Assembly (NCBI RefSeq): GCF_011745625.1
Contig: NW_027191479.1
Coordinates: forward strand, 124,001-188,000
DNA length: 64,000 nt
Source of the DNA: Cladosporium halotolerans
Lineage: Eukaryota
Reading direction: 5' to 3'
Positions 30,746 through 43,736 of the stretch are shown one piece after another. The notes beneath the pieces were generated by a model that saw only the letters and a program-made list of their open reading frames with translations, had not been told where the DNA came from and ran no database searches. Position numbers and translations under genes: made by a program. Within the stretch, counting starts at the first letter, position 1. Each line of letters begins with the position of its first letter.

Positions 30746-33700
30746 TCATCGTACTGGTACCTTCCGCTGCTTTGTCTTCATCAAGCTCTGTAGCCGTTTC
30801 AGTTTGCCCCGATCCCACTTCTCAAAAAGCTCGCGGGCATACGAGCCACTCGGGCAGTTGAGGTCGGCTAGCGGATCTGCACCGCCTTGGACAAAGGCCA
30901 TGTATACGTCGTACCAGGCCTCGAAGTCGTTCGCCTTCTGCGCTTCTTGCCTATTCTTGCTGATATACACTTTGTACATCCGAGCCAGCGTCCGCAGCCA
31001 CGGCGTCCCATTCGCATACCACTCGTTTGGATCTGCTCCGCCCTTGATCAAACTCGCAACCGAAGCACCACTGGGGAATCTTCTGCAGTATTTCTCGTAG
31101 GATTTTTCTTCGAAGCTTGCCTCTTCATTTTGATTGGGACCGTCGCCCCGTCCGATCCAGACGTACTCCAGCATGGGCCTGCCACTACGATCATGTGTCA
31201 AAGGCATGCCGGTTTCAACCATCTGCTCAAGAACTGCCGGTAAGTTCCATTGAATGCATAGAACGGCCAATTTGGGCCCCAGTCGCCAGCGAGATTGCGG
31301 ATCGTGCTCCTCAAAGCCGTAGGCACTTTCTCTGCTTATACCAGTCCTAAAGTCCTTCACTATGGTTGGGGACCACGTGAAGGGAGTTTCCTCTTGTGCA
31401 ATCTTCAACAGGTTTCTCCCCATTCCACTGGTCGAGATGGCAGTCCTCGCGGCGGCACGATCGAGTTGGTTCAGCCAATAGCTATCAACGGCGTGGACGC
31501 CGGCCTTCTCCGCTTCAGCGGCACATTGGAAGCACCAAATAACCCAAGCCCAGAACGTGAAAGTTGATATCTTGCTGGGCGGCAGTCTGCCAAGCATGCA
31601 AATTGACGACCTCAATAACGCAAGTTGGGGACTGAAGCCCGGATCGCTGCCACTCAGAATCACTCTCCAATTCTCGGGCTGCTCCATGAAATCTTTTGCA
31701 GTCTTGTGGATGTAGTCCACTGAGAATATTGGGAAATCGCCTAGTGCTGCGGTGCGAGGCGTCTGAGCAAGACCTCGAATGTGAGGGTCGCTATGTCCGC
31801 TTTTTTCCACTTCATCACTGGAGTCAAGTGTTGAGATGATGCCTCTCCGCTTCCTGCGAATCCAGGAATAGTACCAGGGCGTGTGGAACCCATACGACTT
31901 TTCCGGCTTCCACATCTTGTGTTCAAGGCAGGCAATACGTCGATGTACTGGCTCAACGATCCGGTCCATAGGTTGATAAGTCGTTACCACATGGTGTTGG
32001 CCCTCCTGGCACGATGGATAATGTGCAGGTACGTCCTTAGTAGGCGTTTCCAAATCGACCTCTTCACGAGTCTGCCGCTCGGGGTGCGGATGCTCTGGTG
32101 CGAATTGTGATTCTGTATCAGTTTCTTCGATGATCTCTCGCTCAGGGCATGAATCCACTGGTCCAAATTCTGTGTCTGAAACATGGCCGTCGAGTTGCCT
32201 ACCATGATTAACTGACATCTGATTTCCTAGCGGCCTAGTGCCCCATGCAATCGGTAAAGCATTCTGCTTTGGATGTTCAGGAGTCATAGGCAGCGGAGAA
32301 GGCTTGAGTCTGCCTCTTATTGCCAAAGTAGTCTGTGCTGAAATATTTCGAAGGAGCCCCGTGTCATCTTCAGAGTCGGAAGTGGAATCATCACTTGCTG
32401 TATCAAGAGCAGACTGATCCTCATCACCAGAAGAAGAGTCGGAAGCCGAACTCTTTTCTGCTGCAAGAACGTCGGGCTGCTGATTGTTGCTGGATATATT
32501 GGAGACTTCGAGGAGTCCTCTACATCTGCTTGTGAGTTGTCGCACCCCAATGTCATTCCTACTCTCGACTTCGTCTTTGACCAGCGCAAAGACACCGTCC
32601 TCACCCTGGAAGGTTAAATTTTGCTCATCGGTGAACGCCAGATCAAGAAGATTTAGTTGTGTGGGACACGCGCGGACTATTTGGAAAATTTCTGACGCAT
32701 GTTTAAAGTAGAGCGGCTCGAGGCTTCTCAATAAGCTTGAGTACAGCTCGTCCAACTCGGGTGGAATAGCTGCCAGCCTTTGCTCCAGATCCGAGACCCG
32801 GTCACCGTTCCTGAGCCCTGTCACAAGTGATCGAACGGCCAGAATGACCCAGAGGAAGACGCCAGAGGCCTTTTGTGCGATCTGCTCGACCAGGAGATCT
32901 GCATGCTGTTGCTGATTATTCTTGAAGCGTTGGAAGATAGGCTGCGTGCAAAGCTCAGCGTCAATGTAAGCAGTGATATCCGGGAAGGTAAGGTCCTGCA
33001 TGCGGATGTTCGGACCGTGTTGGAAGGAATCTTGGAACGCCTGCTCTGGCCTACTCGCCAGCAAGATTTTGACATCATCGGAGAGCAATGCAACTTGTTG
33101 CAACAAAGATATCAGTTCAAAGTGGTCTCCCTCGCACTCGTCCAGACCATCGACTATGAGGAAGAGCTTAATGGTTTGTTGGCTGACGAGAAACTTTACC
33201 GTGAGATCGAATGCTTTGGCGAGCTCGAACCACGACCACGGTCGACCGTCGTCTCCGAAAGAGTGGAAGCTGGCCCACCGTTCCGGCAGAACTTTTTGAA
33301 CGAGATCGGGAACTTGGCTCAGACAGTCATATAAGAGTGTCTGGAGCAACCCCGTTGTGGATTTTTGAAGATGATCGCCGGCTCTCCAGAAGAAGTACCT
33401 GCACTTCATCAAAGTGAATCCCGAGCCTGCCCATTTTTGTAGATGTCTATGTGTCTTCGAGTTCTCTTCAACATACTTCATGAGGGTGGACTTTCCAGAG
33501 GCAGGCTTTCCAGTGATCCAGAAGATGCCGCTGTCTCGCTCGAGCCAGTCGGCGAGTCGACCATCAGGCCTTCCGCCCCACTGCTTATGTCTGTAGACCC
33601 AACGGAAAGTCTTCGCGTGAGCCTGGGGGATTCTCTGTTGCCTGTCTCGGATTTCGAAGAACTTGAGCCTGTCGATGAGCCTCCTGCGAGCTTCCGCTTC

Positions 33701-34453
33701 TCTTTCCTGTCGCACAACATCTGTCATCTTGCGAGAGACTTTCGCGATGTCTCCAAAGTTTCTTTTTTTGTTTTCCTGGAAGGGACGCCAGTCTTCCCGA
33801 TACATGGTGTTGACTAAATCTGCTTGCCAGGTCCTGGTGCTAGAGAAGAGGTTGGAGATCCGGGACGAAGTATCCGCCTGTGCTGCGCGTATGGCCTCGA
33901 GTTGACGGCGGACTTCCACATTGCCATGCGCAGCCTCATCCATTTGCTTGCTGTGAGGACTGAATTAGGGAAAACGGCGCTGTGTAATACTTTAATGCAA
34001 CACTCACCGCAACAAGACCAACAAGAAACTGTTGATTTCCAAGCGATGATTGCACAAGCTCTCCAAAATCGAATCAATCTTCTGTTTTTGCCATCGCATA
34101 GACAGTGCTTCCCGAAAGCTTCTCCATGCGAGGTTGCCGGATGTGAGTGTGATCTCGTCGAGCACTTCGAGCAGTTGCAAGCTCGTACCTCTCGTCCTCT
34201 CGCAGATGTTCTGTAGTGACCTCTCCTCGCTAGATAGCCCTCTTCCGAGTGCAGTGTGAGCGACAGATGCATCGACGCTGGCGCTGAGCTCAGTAATAGT
34301 GCTGATCGCCGTTTCAAGCTGTAGACGTTTGACGGACTTTTCATCACCACTCTGGTATATGGCATAGCTCTCAGACAAGAGCTTGCTTGCAAAGTCGATC
34401 AGCTGGCAGACGCTGGAGGCCACACCGAGTGCAGCTGTTGCCTCGAGGGCCAT
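30746..34453 (-). CDS. NACHT-domain STAND/NLR-like protein with N-terminal SesA/HeLo-like helical domain; intron 33951-34007
   Basis: ALGVASSVCQLIDFASKLLS N-terminus; RQQRIPQAHAKTFRWV; Walker A FWITGKPASGKST; Walker B LIVDGLDE; LASRP; KASGVFLWVILAVRSL; RCRGLLEV; YIHKTAKDF. Confidence 0.88.
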
Positions 34454-35050
34454 ATTGAAAGGGTGGAATTTCGCTTAGCGGACATGAAGGACTTGTCAAA
34501 GTGATTGTGACGCTGAGATGGAAGGACCTTTTCTCGCCTGGACGAGGGGGCTATGCCAGGATACTACTGCACATTGACGCACAAGCTGCTGAGCCTCTCA
34601 GGCGAAGCGTGAAGCGCAGGTTCGCCTGCGCCCTCCGATTTGACCAATCAAAATGATAAGCGTGTCAGTCCATGCATGTGAGGCGATGGATCGGCATAAG
34701 AAGATCCTGGGACTCCGTGACCCGGCTGTTGTTCCTACACAGAATCTGAGGTCGAAGTTTCTCGTCATCCTAAAGAGCCGAATCTCAATGTTGTATGTCG
34801 GAGGCTAATTGATTTGGGCTTGCAGGCGGGAAATGTAGCCCTGCTCTGTGCTCTTGCATGCCGTTAATTGCAAGAAATAGATGCTTGCACAGAGATGGCC
34901 TTTGGTAAATGCTGTTTCTCTTTCACTACGAACACACGCTGCATCACATCAGGCCGTCTGTCCCGAAAGTCCAAACCATCCCGAACTCCCGCTTTCCCTA
35001 CCGAATACCACATGATACGCCAACAAAGCCCAAAATCACATGCTGCGCTC

Positions 35051-36421
35051 CTACTCCCAATCATCATCACTGTCGTCCTTCGAGCTCTCTTTCTTCTCCT
35101 CCTTCGGACTGCTTGGCGTGTGGCTCGTTGCGCCGGAAACAATGTCGTAGCTTGCGTCGGAGTCGGCAACGCTCTTCGATTCTTCTTCGTTGCTTTTCCT
35201 GGGAGACGGAGCCTTGAGCGAGTCGTTGGTGGCAGCGGGCTGGGTCAGGGTGGTGGTGCTAGAGGAAGCCTTGTGGGCAGTCGCTTGGGGTGTAGACGTC
35301 TTGGCTTCGTCTTCATCTTCATCATCGTCGTCCCACGCGATGTCCTCTTCGTTCTCTGCCGCCGCATCTGAGTAATCATGTTAGTCAATATCCAAGGAAA
35401 CCAATTCCCGAGAAGAAGATAACTCACCCTTCAGAATCTCCTTCCGCTTCTTCTCCTCCTCATCAATCGCCTTCCGGATGAAATAGTACCGCATCCAGAA
35501 TGTTCTGTAGTCCACCTTCTCCGGCACAAGCTTCTCCATCGCCCGCCTCAACTCCTCGAACTTCTCCAGATCCCTCGCCACCGCCTCCGTCTGCTTGTCC
35601 ACATCAAACTCCCCCTTCCACTGCACCCACTGCTCGCCCTCGGGATCTTGCGTAAACGATGCCGCGGTCGTGTGTACAGCATGCAGCTGCGCATCCAGCC
35701 GCGTCGAATGGAACACCTTCCTGCCCGTGCCCTGCTCCGTCGTCTCGAACAGCACCTCGTTCCCCGCGGCGTCGGTGCCCTTCGGCTTGCCCGCGTCCGC
35801 CTCCGTCGGCGCGCTGATGACCACCGCGTCACGCAGGAAGTCCCGCACGTTCGTCCCGAACTTCAGCAGCGCCTCGTCCGCCGCGTCCTCCGCCCGCTGC
35901 AGCTCTTTCAGCTTCGACGACGCCGTCAGCCGCAGGCTCGCGACCAGCGACCCAGCTTCCTTCACGATGTCCGCCGTCAGGCTCTCGGGCCGGTTGGGGT
36001 CCTCCTGCACTTCCTCCTTGCTCTGCTCCTTCGACGCGCCGGGCACGGCTTCCTCGCCCGGGACGCCGCTCAGCGGCGCTCCCTCGGCATTGAGGTTTAG
36101 TCCCGCGGTGCGCTGCGCGAGCTGTCCTCGGAGTCCCTCGAAGCCTTTCGAGGCCTGCTGTTGCGCTTCGGCGGCTTCCTTCTGCAAGCCGGAGTAGAAG
36201 GTCTGGCCTTGCTTGCGAGCCTCGCCGAACCAGCCGCCGAGGCGCGCGCCCCAGGGCGAGGCAGATACGGCTTGAAAGGCTTGCTGGAACTCGGTGTTGA
36301 GGGTTTGAGCGGGCTGTTGCGATTGAGAGCCCTCGACAGTGGGTGTGTTGGTGTTGGAGGAGTCGCGCTCGTGGTGGGGCGGGAGGGATTCCTCCTGGAT
36401 GTGGTCGTAGGCAATGTCCAT
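35051..36421 (-). CDS. BSD-domain protein (Dos2-like); intron 35368-35427
   Basis: MDIAYDHIQEE, STRLDAQLHAVHT, BSD core ELRRAMEKLVPEKVDYRTFWMRYYF, EEDIAWDDD, C-terminal SDDDWE*. Confidence 0.88.
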
Positions 36422-37081
36422 GGTCGGTGATCGTGAGGCTGTTTACCGTGTGGAGAAACAGGCTGTAGACATTGGCGTGTGCAGCCGCGACGTTCCGATG
36501 TTTTGTGATCTGTTTATCAGTGCCTGTGGCTGTGGAGGGACCAAGGGTGGTCGCGGTTCGCTGCGGTCAAGCTTTCGGACGAGCTGCCGCAGGGTCCAAG
36601 GTGGTCTCGCGATTGCGGGGGAGCGTGAGCGGGCATGGACTTCAGGCATGTGAAAGTCCAGTGAGGTGGTGAAAACCCGGTCTCAGTAGAATGATAATTA
36701 CACATCACTGCCATGGCTGGAAAAAACCACTTGAAAAGCTACGAATCATTCATGAAAGTTCTGCATACCAAAACCCGCTCAAAGTCTCATCATTAAAAAG
36801 GAGGAAGCAGAAGCGCAGGCCGTGATCCATCCCATCTCCCGGCTACGTCTTGGGTAAAAAGTTGCAGCCACGCAAAGAAACACCCCCGCGCCTATGTCTA
36901 TGCATGCCTTCGATTTGAGTCAAACGCCATTTGTCGAAAAGTATCGTTTCGTGTTTTGCAAGCAATCTGATTGGTGTGAAGGCGTCGTCGCAGGCAAATC
37001 CCTCTTGCCCAAACGCCGCAGCAGCTGATAAACTCCTCCAAAAACACGCAGAGCAAAAGCGCCGCATGGTGCGGCGGGAAA

Positions 37082-40000
37082 TCAAGAAAGGTGGAAAGAG
37101 CCCTGGCCCTCGCGGACGGCAACGTCGAGTCTGGAGCGCAGGGTGTCGATATCGGTGTAGTCCGGCATCTTCAGGTAGTTGACGCAAGTCATGACGGACG
37201 GCAGGTATTCGTCGGAGGTGTACGGCGGCTCGGCGGGCTTGCAGACGACGGTGAACATAGGCGTGAGAGCCTTGAAGCCTGTTGAAGAAAGTTAGTGTCT
37301 GTTGCGAAAAGGATTAGGTCAGGGTATGACATACCGCCAATAGGCAACTTCGGACTGCCCGTGATGAACTGCAAGAAGCCCCTCCTGCCCTCCTCAGAAA
37401 GCTCGCTCATGACCTGCAGCAAGTTGCGCACGCTCTTGCTGTCAAGGTTGTAGCCGTGATCGGCCTTGATAGAATCCATCAAAGTCTCCAGAGTCCAGTC
37501 TTCCTCCACGCGACCGAAGAGCATGCACAGCTCGTCTGGCGTGAAGGCCTTGAGCGCGGAGTACGGGAAGACCTGGCTGAAGCCGGCGCGGAAAGCGTCG
37601 ACCTGGCGCTGCACGCCGGACGAAAGAGTCACCTCGACGACCTTGCGGATGTAGTTGTTGACGTTGTCAATGGTGACGGGCTCATCTGCGCCGCCAGGAA
37701 CAAGCTCGATGTTGGGGTATCCAGGAAGAGTGAAGTCGAGACCGAGATCTTCGATCTTCGCGTCGTTAATACGAATCTGATCGATCTTGGCGGCCTTCTG
37801 CACGTCCGAGAGACGGGTGTCCTCATCGATCCGCTGCTTGGCGCCGACGTACTTCTTCAGAATCTTCAGCGACCTGGCCAGATCCTGGTCAACAGTAGCC
37901 ACAGCGCCGAGATTCAACGGAAGACCACCATCACCCACACGGAAGAAGGTCGGGTTCAAGCTGACGTCGATAATGCGGCTGTCGAGCATAGACCGGGCGA
38001 TGAATTTGCCGAGAACCTTGAACAGATGAAGCACACGCTGCCCGTTCTCAGTCTTGCTGGTCTCCTCGTCCATTGGGGCAGGGAACAATCCACGGCGGCC
38101 AAAAGCGTACTCGCCCGCGCTGGCGCTCTCGTTCTCGCGCCACAGCTTGGTCTTCTTCCTCGAGTACTCCTTCGAGACAGTCGAGTAGAACTCGAGCGTC
38201 GGACCGAGGCCAGTGCCAACTTCCTCGAAGTATTCGACTTCCAGCATAGACGGGGAGGAGCCATACATCTCCATGACTTTGATGGCAGATTCCAGGATGC
38301 GGTTGCGAGAGATGCGGACCTTCTGGCGCTGCGGCCTGCCCATGAAGAGCGGGTGGTCCCTGTGTCTGCCGCTGCGGCTCTCGTTCTCCTGCGAGTTCCA
38401 GCGCGCCATTGAGCGCGAGTAGCCGAATGACGTGGATTGCAAGAAGAGGTGGCGAGTCTCGAATGGGAAGAGGAAGGGATAAAGCCTAGCCAGATCCTCG
38501 CTCCATGTCGGAAGGCAATGGCTAGCGACGATGAGCGGCTCCTCAAGCTGCCGGTTGAGCTTGGCAGTAAGCTTGGTGTTGACGAACTGAGTCAACGGCT
38601 CACGGTTGAGCTTCAGACCAGACTTGCTGTCAGCAATGACCTCGTCAAGGTTGGCATTCAGGTTGTGCAGGATGCTCATCAGCCTCAGAATGCTAGCAGT
38701 AGCAGGATGCTTGTCAAGCGAGGGTGGCAGAGCGCCATCGCCCAGCGGCAGTCCAGCGTCGTTCGTAGGCGTGAGAGACTTCGACTCCGACGCCGGGCCC
38801 GGCACCTTCTTGTACGAAATCGTGTGCATCGTAGACCAGATGTTGCGGGCCGAGAGCTCCTGTCCTTGGGTCTGGTTGAAATGACAAGCCCGATAGATCG
38901 TGGTCTCGTAATCGATGGGCTGTCCGTTGATGCTGAACTCGATGTGCCAGTCCTGAGGAGCCTGTTGCAAGGCAGCAGCATAGCTGGACGGCCTCGAAGA
39001 AGAGCCGGACGGCGAAGACAGCAGCTCTCTAGCAGCGGCCAGACGAGCGGTAGCGCTCATGCGGTCCTTGGCCGCAGCAGGCGTAGGAGTGCCATGTGTG
39101 GGCGTGTTGATGCGGTCGCCATCGTCAGTGTGAGCGGTGACCTTCCCAGTCGTCCCAACTTCCATATTGACAGCGTCAGGATCAGGCTCATCACGGCCAA
39201 GGCCATCATCTTCAAGATCATCGACCAGAGCATCGAGCTCAGCCTCGACGTCTTCGTCATCTTCATCCTCCTCATCATCATCAGAGAGGTGGGCCTCGTC
39301 CGCGCACTCCAAAGGATCCTGCGATTCGCCATTGGCTGCGTTTGTGTTGACACGAGCCTCATCCTTCGCCTCGGACGAAGGCTCCGCAACCGCAGAAGAC
39401 GCCTGCGCAGACTGCCTTCTAGACGACCTACGCACAGGCTTTTCGGCAGCCTCTCCAGTACCTTCCGGCTTGGCGTTCTCGCTCTTAGACGGGCCCTTGC
39501 CGGAGGTGGGGGTATTCTGAGTAGGGAGAGCACCCCTGGAACCAGAGCTCCCAAAGCCGCGCTCGCGGCCGGCCATAGCAGCGGCGTAGGCTGCCATTGC
39601 ACCGGGCATGCCGGCAATATCACGGCCAGAGCGGGAAGATCTCGCGCGGTCGGCCAGGCTGATGCGCGGACGCAGGTGGTCGTCGAGCGATTTGAAAGTA
39701 GCGATGGCGTGAATCGAGACCATGATGTTCCTGTAAGCCTTCGGGATGCCAGAGTCCTCGTCAGCAACCAGCTTGAGGCGAAGCTGCTTGGCCAGCATAG
39801 AAGCAGCGCTGCTGCGGTTCGATTCAAAAGCGTTGTGGTGCACGGTAATGACCTCGAAATGCTCCGCTCTGCTCAGCAGTTCCTGAAGCTTGTGAACCAG
39901 CACGGAGAAAGACGTAGCGGGGGACGCTGCTGATCCCGTTGCGACAGCAGTAGCAGGTTTCGATGCCATGAACGCCTCGATGAAGTCGCTGCGCGCTTCC

Positions 40001-42864
40001 AGCTGGGTTTCATCATCTGGGTCATTCAGGATGTCCAAGAGGACATTGACGATGCCGGAAGTCATCAACTCGTAGCTTGTGATGCTCTCCAGCGCATCGC
40101 CGTCGAAATACTTCGCCAAACGCCTGAAAAGCTCGGAGCCCTTCTGGCCGCTGACTCCGTTGTAGCAAGTCTTCAGATCCTCAGCCAGGCTCCTCAGGTC
40201 GTTCAATACACCGGTCGCCTTGGACCTAAGCTCCTCGCTGCCCTCGTGGCCGTGTACCTCGATGAAGCGCTTAGCGCGCAGTGTGATGATGTCCTGAACG
40301 TCAATGATGCGAGAAGGCAGCGGATCATCATATGGCGGCTCTGAGTCCGAGCCGTCATCGTCCTCATCGTCGTGGTCGTTCTCATCATCCTCGTGCTCAT
40401 CGTCTTCGCCCTCCTCAGGCTCAACATGATCGTCGGAATCGAGATCCATGTCGACCGGCTCAGCCGGCTCAGCATTGGCAGTGCTTGGCTTCGCCGGCTC
40501 AGCAGGAGCTTCGGGCTGCGGAGCAATATCGTTGCGACCCTCGTCCTTGGAAGTAGTGGGCTCTGCGGGCTTCTCCTCCGATTTCAAAGGCCTGTTGGCA
40601 AGCCTGTCGATCTCCGTCATGACACCCTCGCGGTAGAATTGCGGCCTGTAAACCGACTCGAGCCTCTTAAGCATCAACTCAGCCTCCTGCAAAGCAAAAG
40701 TGACCAGGTTAGAGTTCTCCTGCTGCGAGAGGATGGAAGCCAGGTGCGAAGCATAAGATACCCCGCGAAGCGCCTCCTCCAGGATGTCGGTCTCAAGGTT
40801 GCTGAGCATCTTGAGCTGGGCCGTCAGGACCTTCTGGCGGACGCTGAGGTTGACGGTAGAGGTGTAGGCGTGCATCAGGGTAGGGAAGAGGATGATGGCG
40901 AAGCGCCTGACTTCTGCAGGGCACTCCTTCAGGAGCTCCACGCGCTTCTCGTTTGGCGACCTCTTGCTCCTATCGGACATGGTAACACGATCTGGGCCAG
41001 TGTAGCCAGCATCCTGCAGATCATCGAGGAACATCAGACCATCGCGAGACACAGCTGGGAGAAGTTCGCAGACCACGTTCAAAGTCTCGAAGATCTGCTC
41101 GCGCGGCGTGCGAATAATAGACTGCATGATGACGTTCTTGTCGATCTGCGATGCAACGTCCTGCTCAGCCTCAGTAGGAGGTGATACGCCAGTAAGGATT
41201 TGGTATAGAGTGTCAACGACGTTCATCTTGAGCAGCTCGGCACTAAGACGAGGCGAAGCACGAGCGCTGATTGAAAGCACACGCAGGAACTGAGTGTGGA
41301 TGCTGGGGCCGATCATGTTTGTAGAGCCAGGCAGGAGCAAACGCAGGATGGCCTTCAGCAGATCGGCGCTGACGAGCTCCTCGAGCTTCGACTCATGGTA
41401 TTTGAAGCTCTCAATGACGCGAGAGACGCAGAGCGAAGCCTGTTCGACAACGCGCTGGTCTGAGCTGGAGAGAGTATTCAGGAGGATAGGCATCACGTCG
41501 CGGACGGTCGGGAACGAGTCCTCGGGAATGTTGCGACAGCAGTTGGCAGCGGTGGTCACTGCAGTCCGCTGGGTGCTGGTAGCGAAGAAATCAAGGTACG
41601 TCAAGCATGCTGTGAGACCACCCTCGCGGACGATGGAAGCTGGAAACTCAACACTGATCTTCTCGAGTGTTGTCAGAGCCTGTTCAGCGAGGTCGATGAA
41701 GTGGATCTCCAGCAGCTTTTGGCAAAGTATTGGTACGGCGCCACCATATACGACGCTTGCAGTGGCAGCTGGCAGAGCCTCCATCAAGTTGGCAATGCAT
41801 CTGCATGCTAGGAGCATAATCTCGGGGTTCTCTTCCCCTGTGAAGTCATTCGGTTGCATTAGAGCCACCAGCTCCTTGACGAATTGATCAGGTGCGAAGT
41901 GGCCGGCCAGATTGTCCTCGTTCGACACAAGGAGCAGCTCCGAAAGCTCACTAAGAGCCACAAGCTGCCCCGACGAGTCCTCCTTGGCTCGGAGCTGCTC
42001 TAGGATGCCTCTGAGGCGGCTACCAGTACCCGAAAGCATCGAACTCATAGCTCTGAGCTGTCCCGTGAGGCCAGAGAGCGCTGAAGGGCCTCCGAAACGG
42101 CTGAGGAATCCACCGGTGCCGAAAGGGTCGCCGCCGCCTGCACGCTCCAGAGCCTCCAGGTCTTCCTCCATAAGGCGTCTCCTCGCCTCACTAATGCTCT
42201 CGGCACCTTCCTGGGTATCTTGTTGCTGCTGTTGGTCATTTCCCTCGTGATCCTTTGACTCCTCGGCGGCCTTCTCATCGGCGTCTTTCATCAGGGTATC
42301 ATGGTCCTTCCTCGATCCTCTCTTCGACTTCCTCGAGCTGCTTCCAGAAGTTGAAGGGATCGCTGTGTCTGTCCAAGGGTCAGTCAACCGCAATCCGGCC
42401 ACGGCGTTCGCCACAAACTCACCTGCATCCTTGCCGCTCTTGCTGCGGCGGCTGCTCTTCCGCCTCGAACTGTTGTCTCTCGCGGGGTTCTGTGGCGAGG
42501 TCTCGCCCGATGTGCTCGACGACGGTCTGCTAGAATCAGCCATGTCCTCGGCCTTCTTGCGACTGCTGCCGTACCCAGCACTGGACATAGCCGCTGCGGT
42601 GGACCTTCTCTTGCGTCTCTCGGGCGCTTCGGCGGGTGCTGTGGTGGCGGACTCTTGCGTTGTCTCCTCGGCTCGGGCTCTTTTGGTTTTGCGGGTTTCC
42701 TTGTGAGAAGTTGGGGACTGCTCCGCGGTGGCAGCCTTGCGTTTGCGGGTAGAGGCGGTGGGGTTCGGTGCGTCGTCGGTGGGGTTGTTCGACGGCGGCG
42801 GATTCGAGGGTGGGCTATCTGCGGCGAGCCTCGCTGCGGACGAGCGAGTCACTCTTTGGGACAT
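37082..42864 (-). CDS. UFD4: HECT E3 ubiquitin ligase Ufd4/TRIP12; introns 42527-42574, 42369-42422, 37279-37334
   Basis: ARM region LACRCIANLMEALP, IDLAEQAL; NTKLTAKLNRQLEEPL; LEVEYFEEVGTGLGPTLEFY; FITGSPKLPIG|GFKALTP...YLPSVMTCVNYLKMPDY...GSFHLS*. Confidence 0.95.
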
Positions 42865-43736
42865 TGGTAAGCGACGGCCGATTCAGAGGCTCGTGAATGT
42901 GACGTGGTGGCGCCGACGGCGACTACGGGCAGGAAGCAGGTGCAGTAGGCTGGATGCTCAGCGACATTCGTGAGAATGAACGAGAAAGCAGCGGGCGGCT
43001 GGTGTTGTGTTGGGTGTAGGAAGTGGTAGTGACATTCACAAGGGTGGGTGTGAGGTTGCGTGGTGTGCGGGCGTTTGAGCGGTTGTGGTTGAGTGTCTCG
43101 GTGCAGCAGCAGGGCAGGTGGGTGTCTGGCGGGCGTGAAGGCAAGGCAAGGCAAGTTTGAGGTACACACCTAGGCGGAGTTGGCATCACTCATTATTGTC
43201 TGTGCTTTAGCGAGTGGCGCGGAATTGGAAGCTGTGTCAGGTGCAAATGCGGCGGTGAATGTGAAGGTCGCATCGAGCGCCTGTGAATACGTAGTAGAGG
43301 AGTGATACGGTGCCGCTGCCTTACACGTGAGCGAGCGCCCTCCGGCAATCGCAGCGCTTGGCGGGAGATCGTTCCGACGCCGCTTGACTGACGTCGCTGG
43401 TGGACTAGGAGGTGCAATTCACTTAGAAATGCCTTGTTTAGCAGTATTTCGAGTCACCAACTCAGCGTTCACTTAGATGCAGAAGCTTCGAAATACGTCA
43501 AGGCGTTTAGAGCCACTTTCATTGCTAAGCACTAAGCTACGCCTTGAGGCGATGACTCTAGCACTGCTCCCAAAGCTTTCACTTGGAGACCCGACTCCAT
43601 CAAGGTATCAACCGGATTTCCTCCTCTCGAGCTTGCTCCTTGACGTACTGCCATGAGAGCTGTATGTTTCCGCTTCTCATCGGCCGGCGACAGCGGATAT
43701 ACTGCTCCTTCAACATTGACACTAGAAGCCGAGCCT

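Noticed and set aside
29241..34453. NLR plus adjacent lipase as an amyloid-signalling pair
   Set aside because: No amyloid-like motif at the NLR N-terminus or the PLC C-terminus, and the PLC appears secreted.
22430..34453. Starship or intact transposon
   Set aside because: No tyrosine recombinase, transposase, RT or terminal repeats visible.
37456..42706. Long + strand ORFs (e.g. 38437-39933, 498 aa) opposite UFD4, and similar ones opposite ENP2, URC4, P450 and MAK5
   Set aside because: Antisense shadows of GC3-rich coding sequence with no recognisable motifs.
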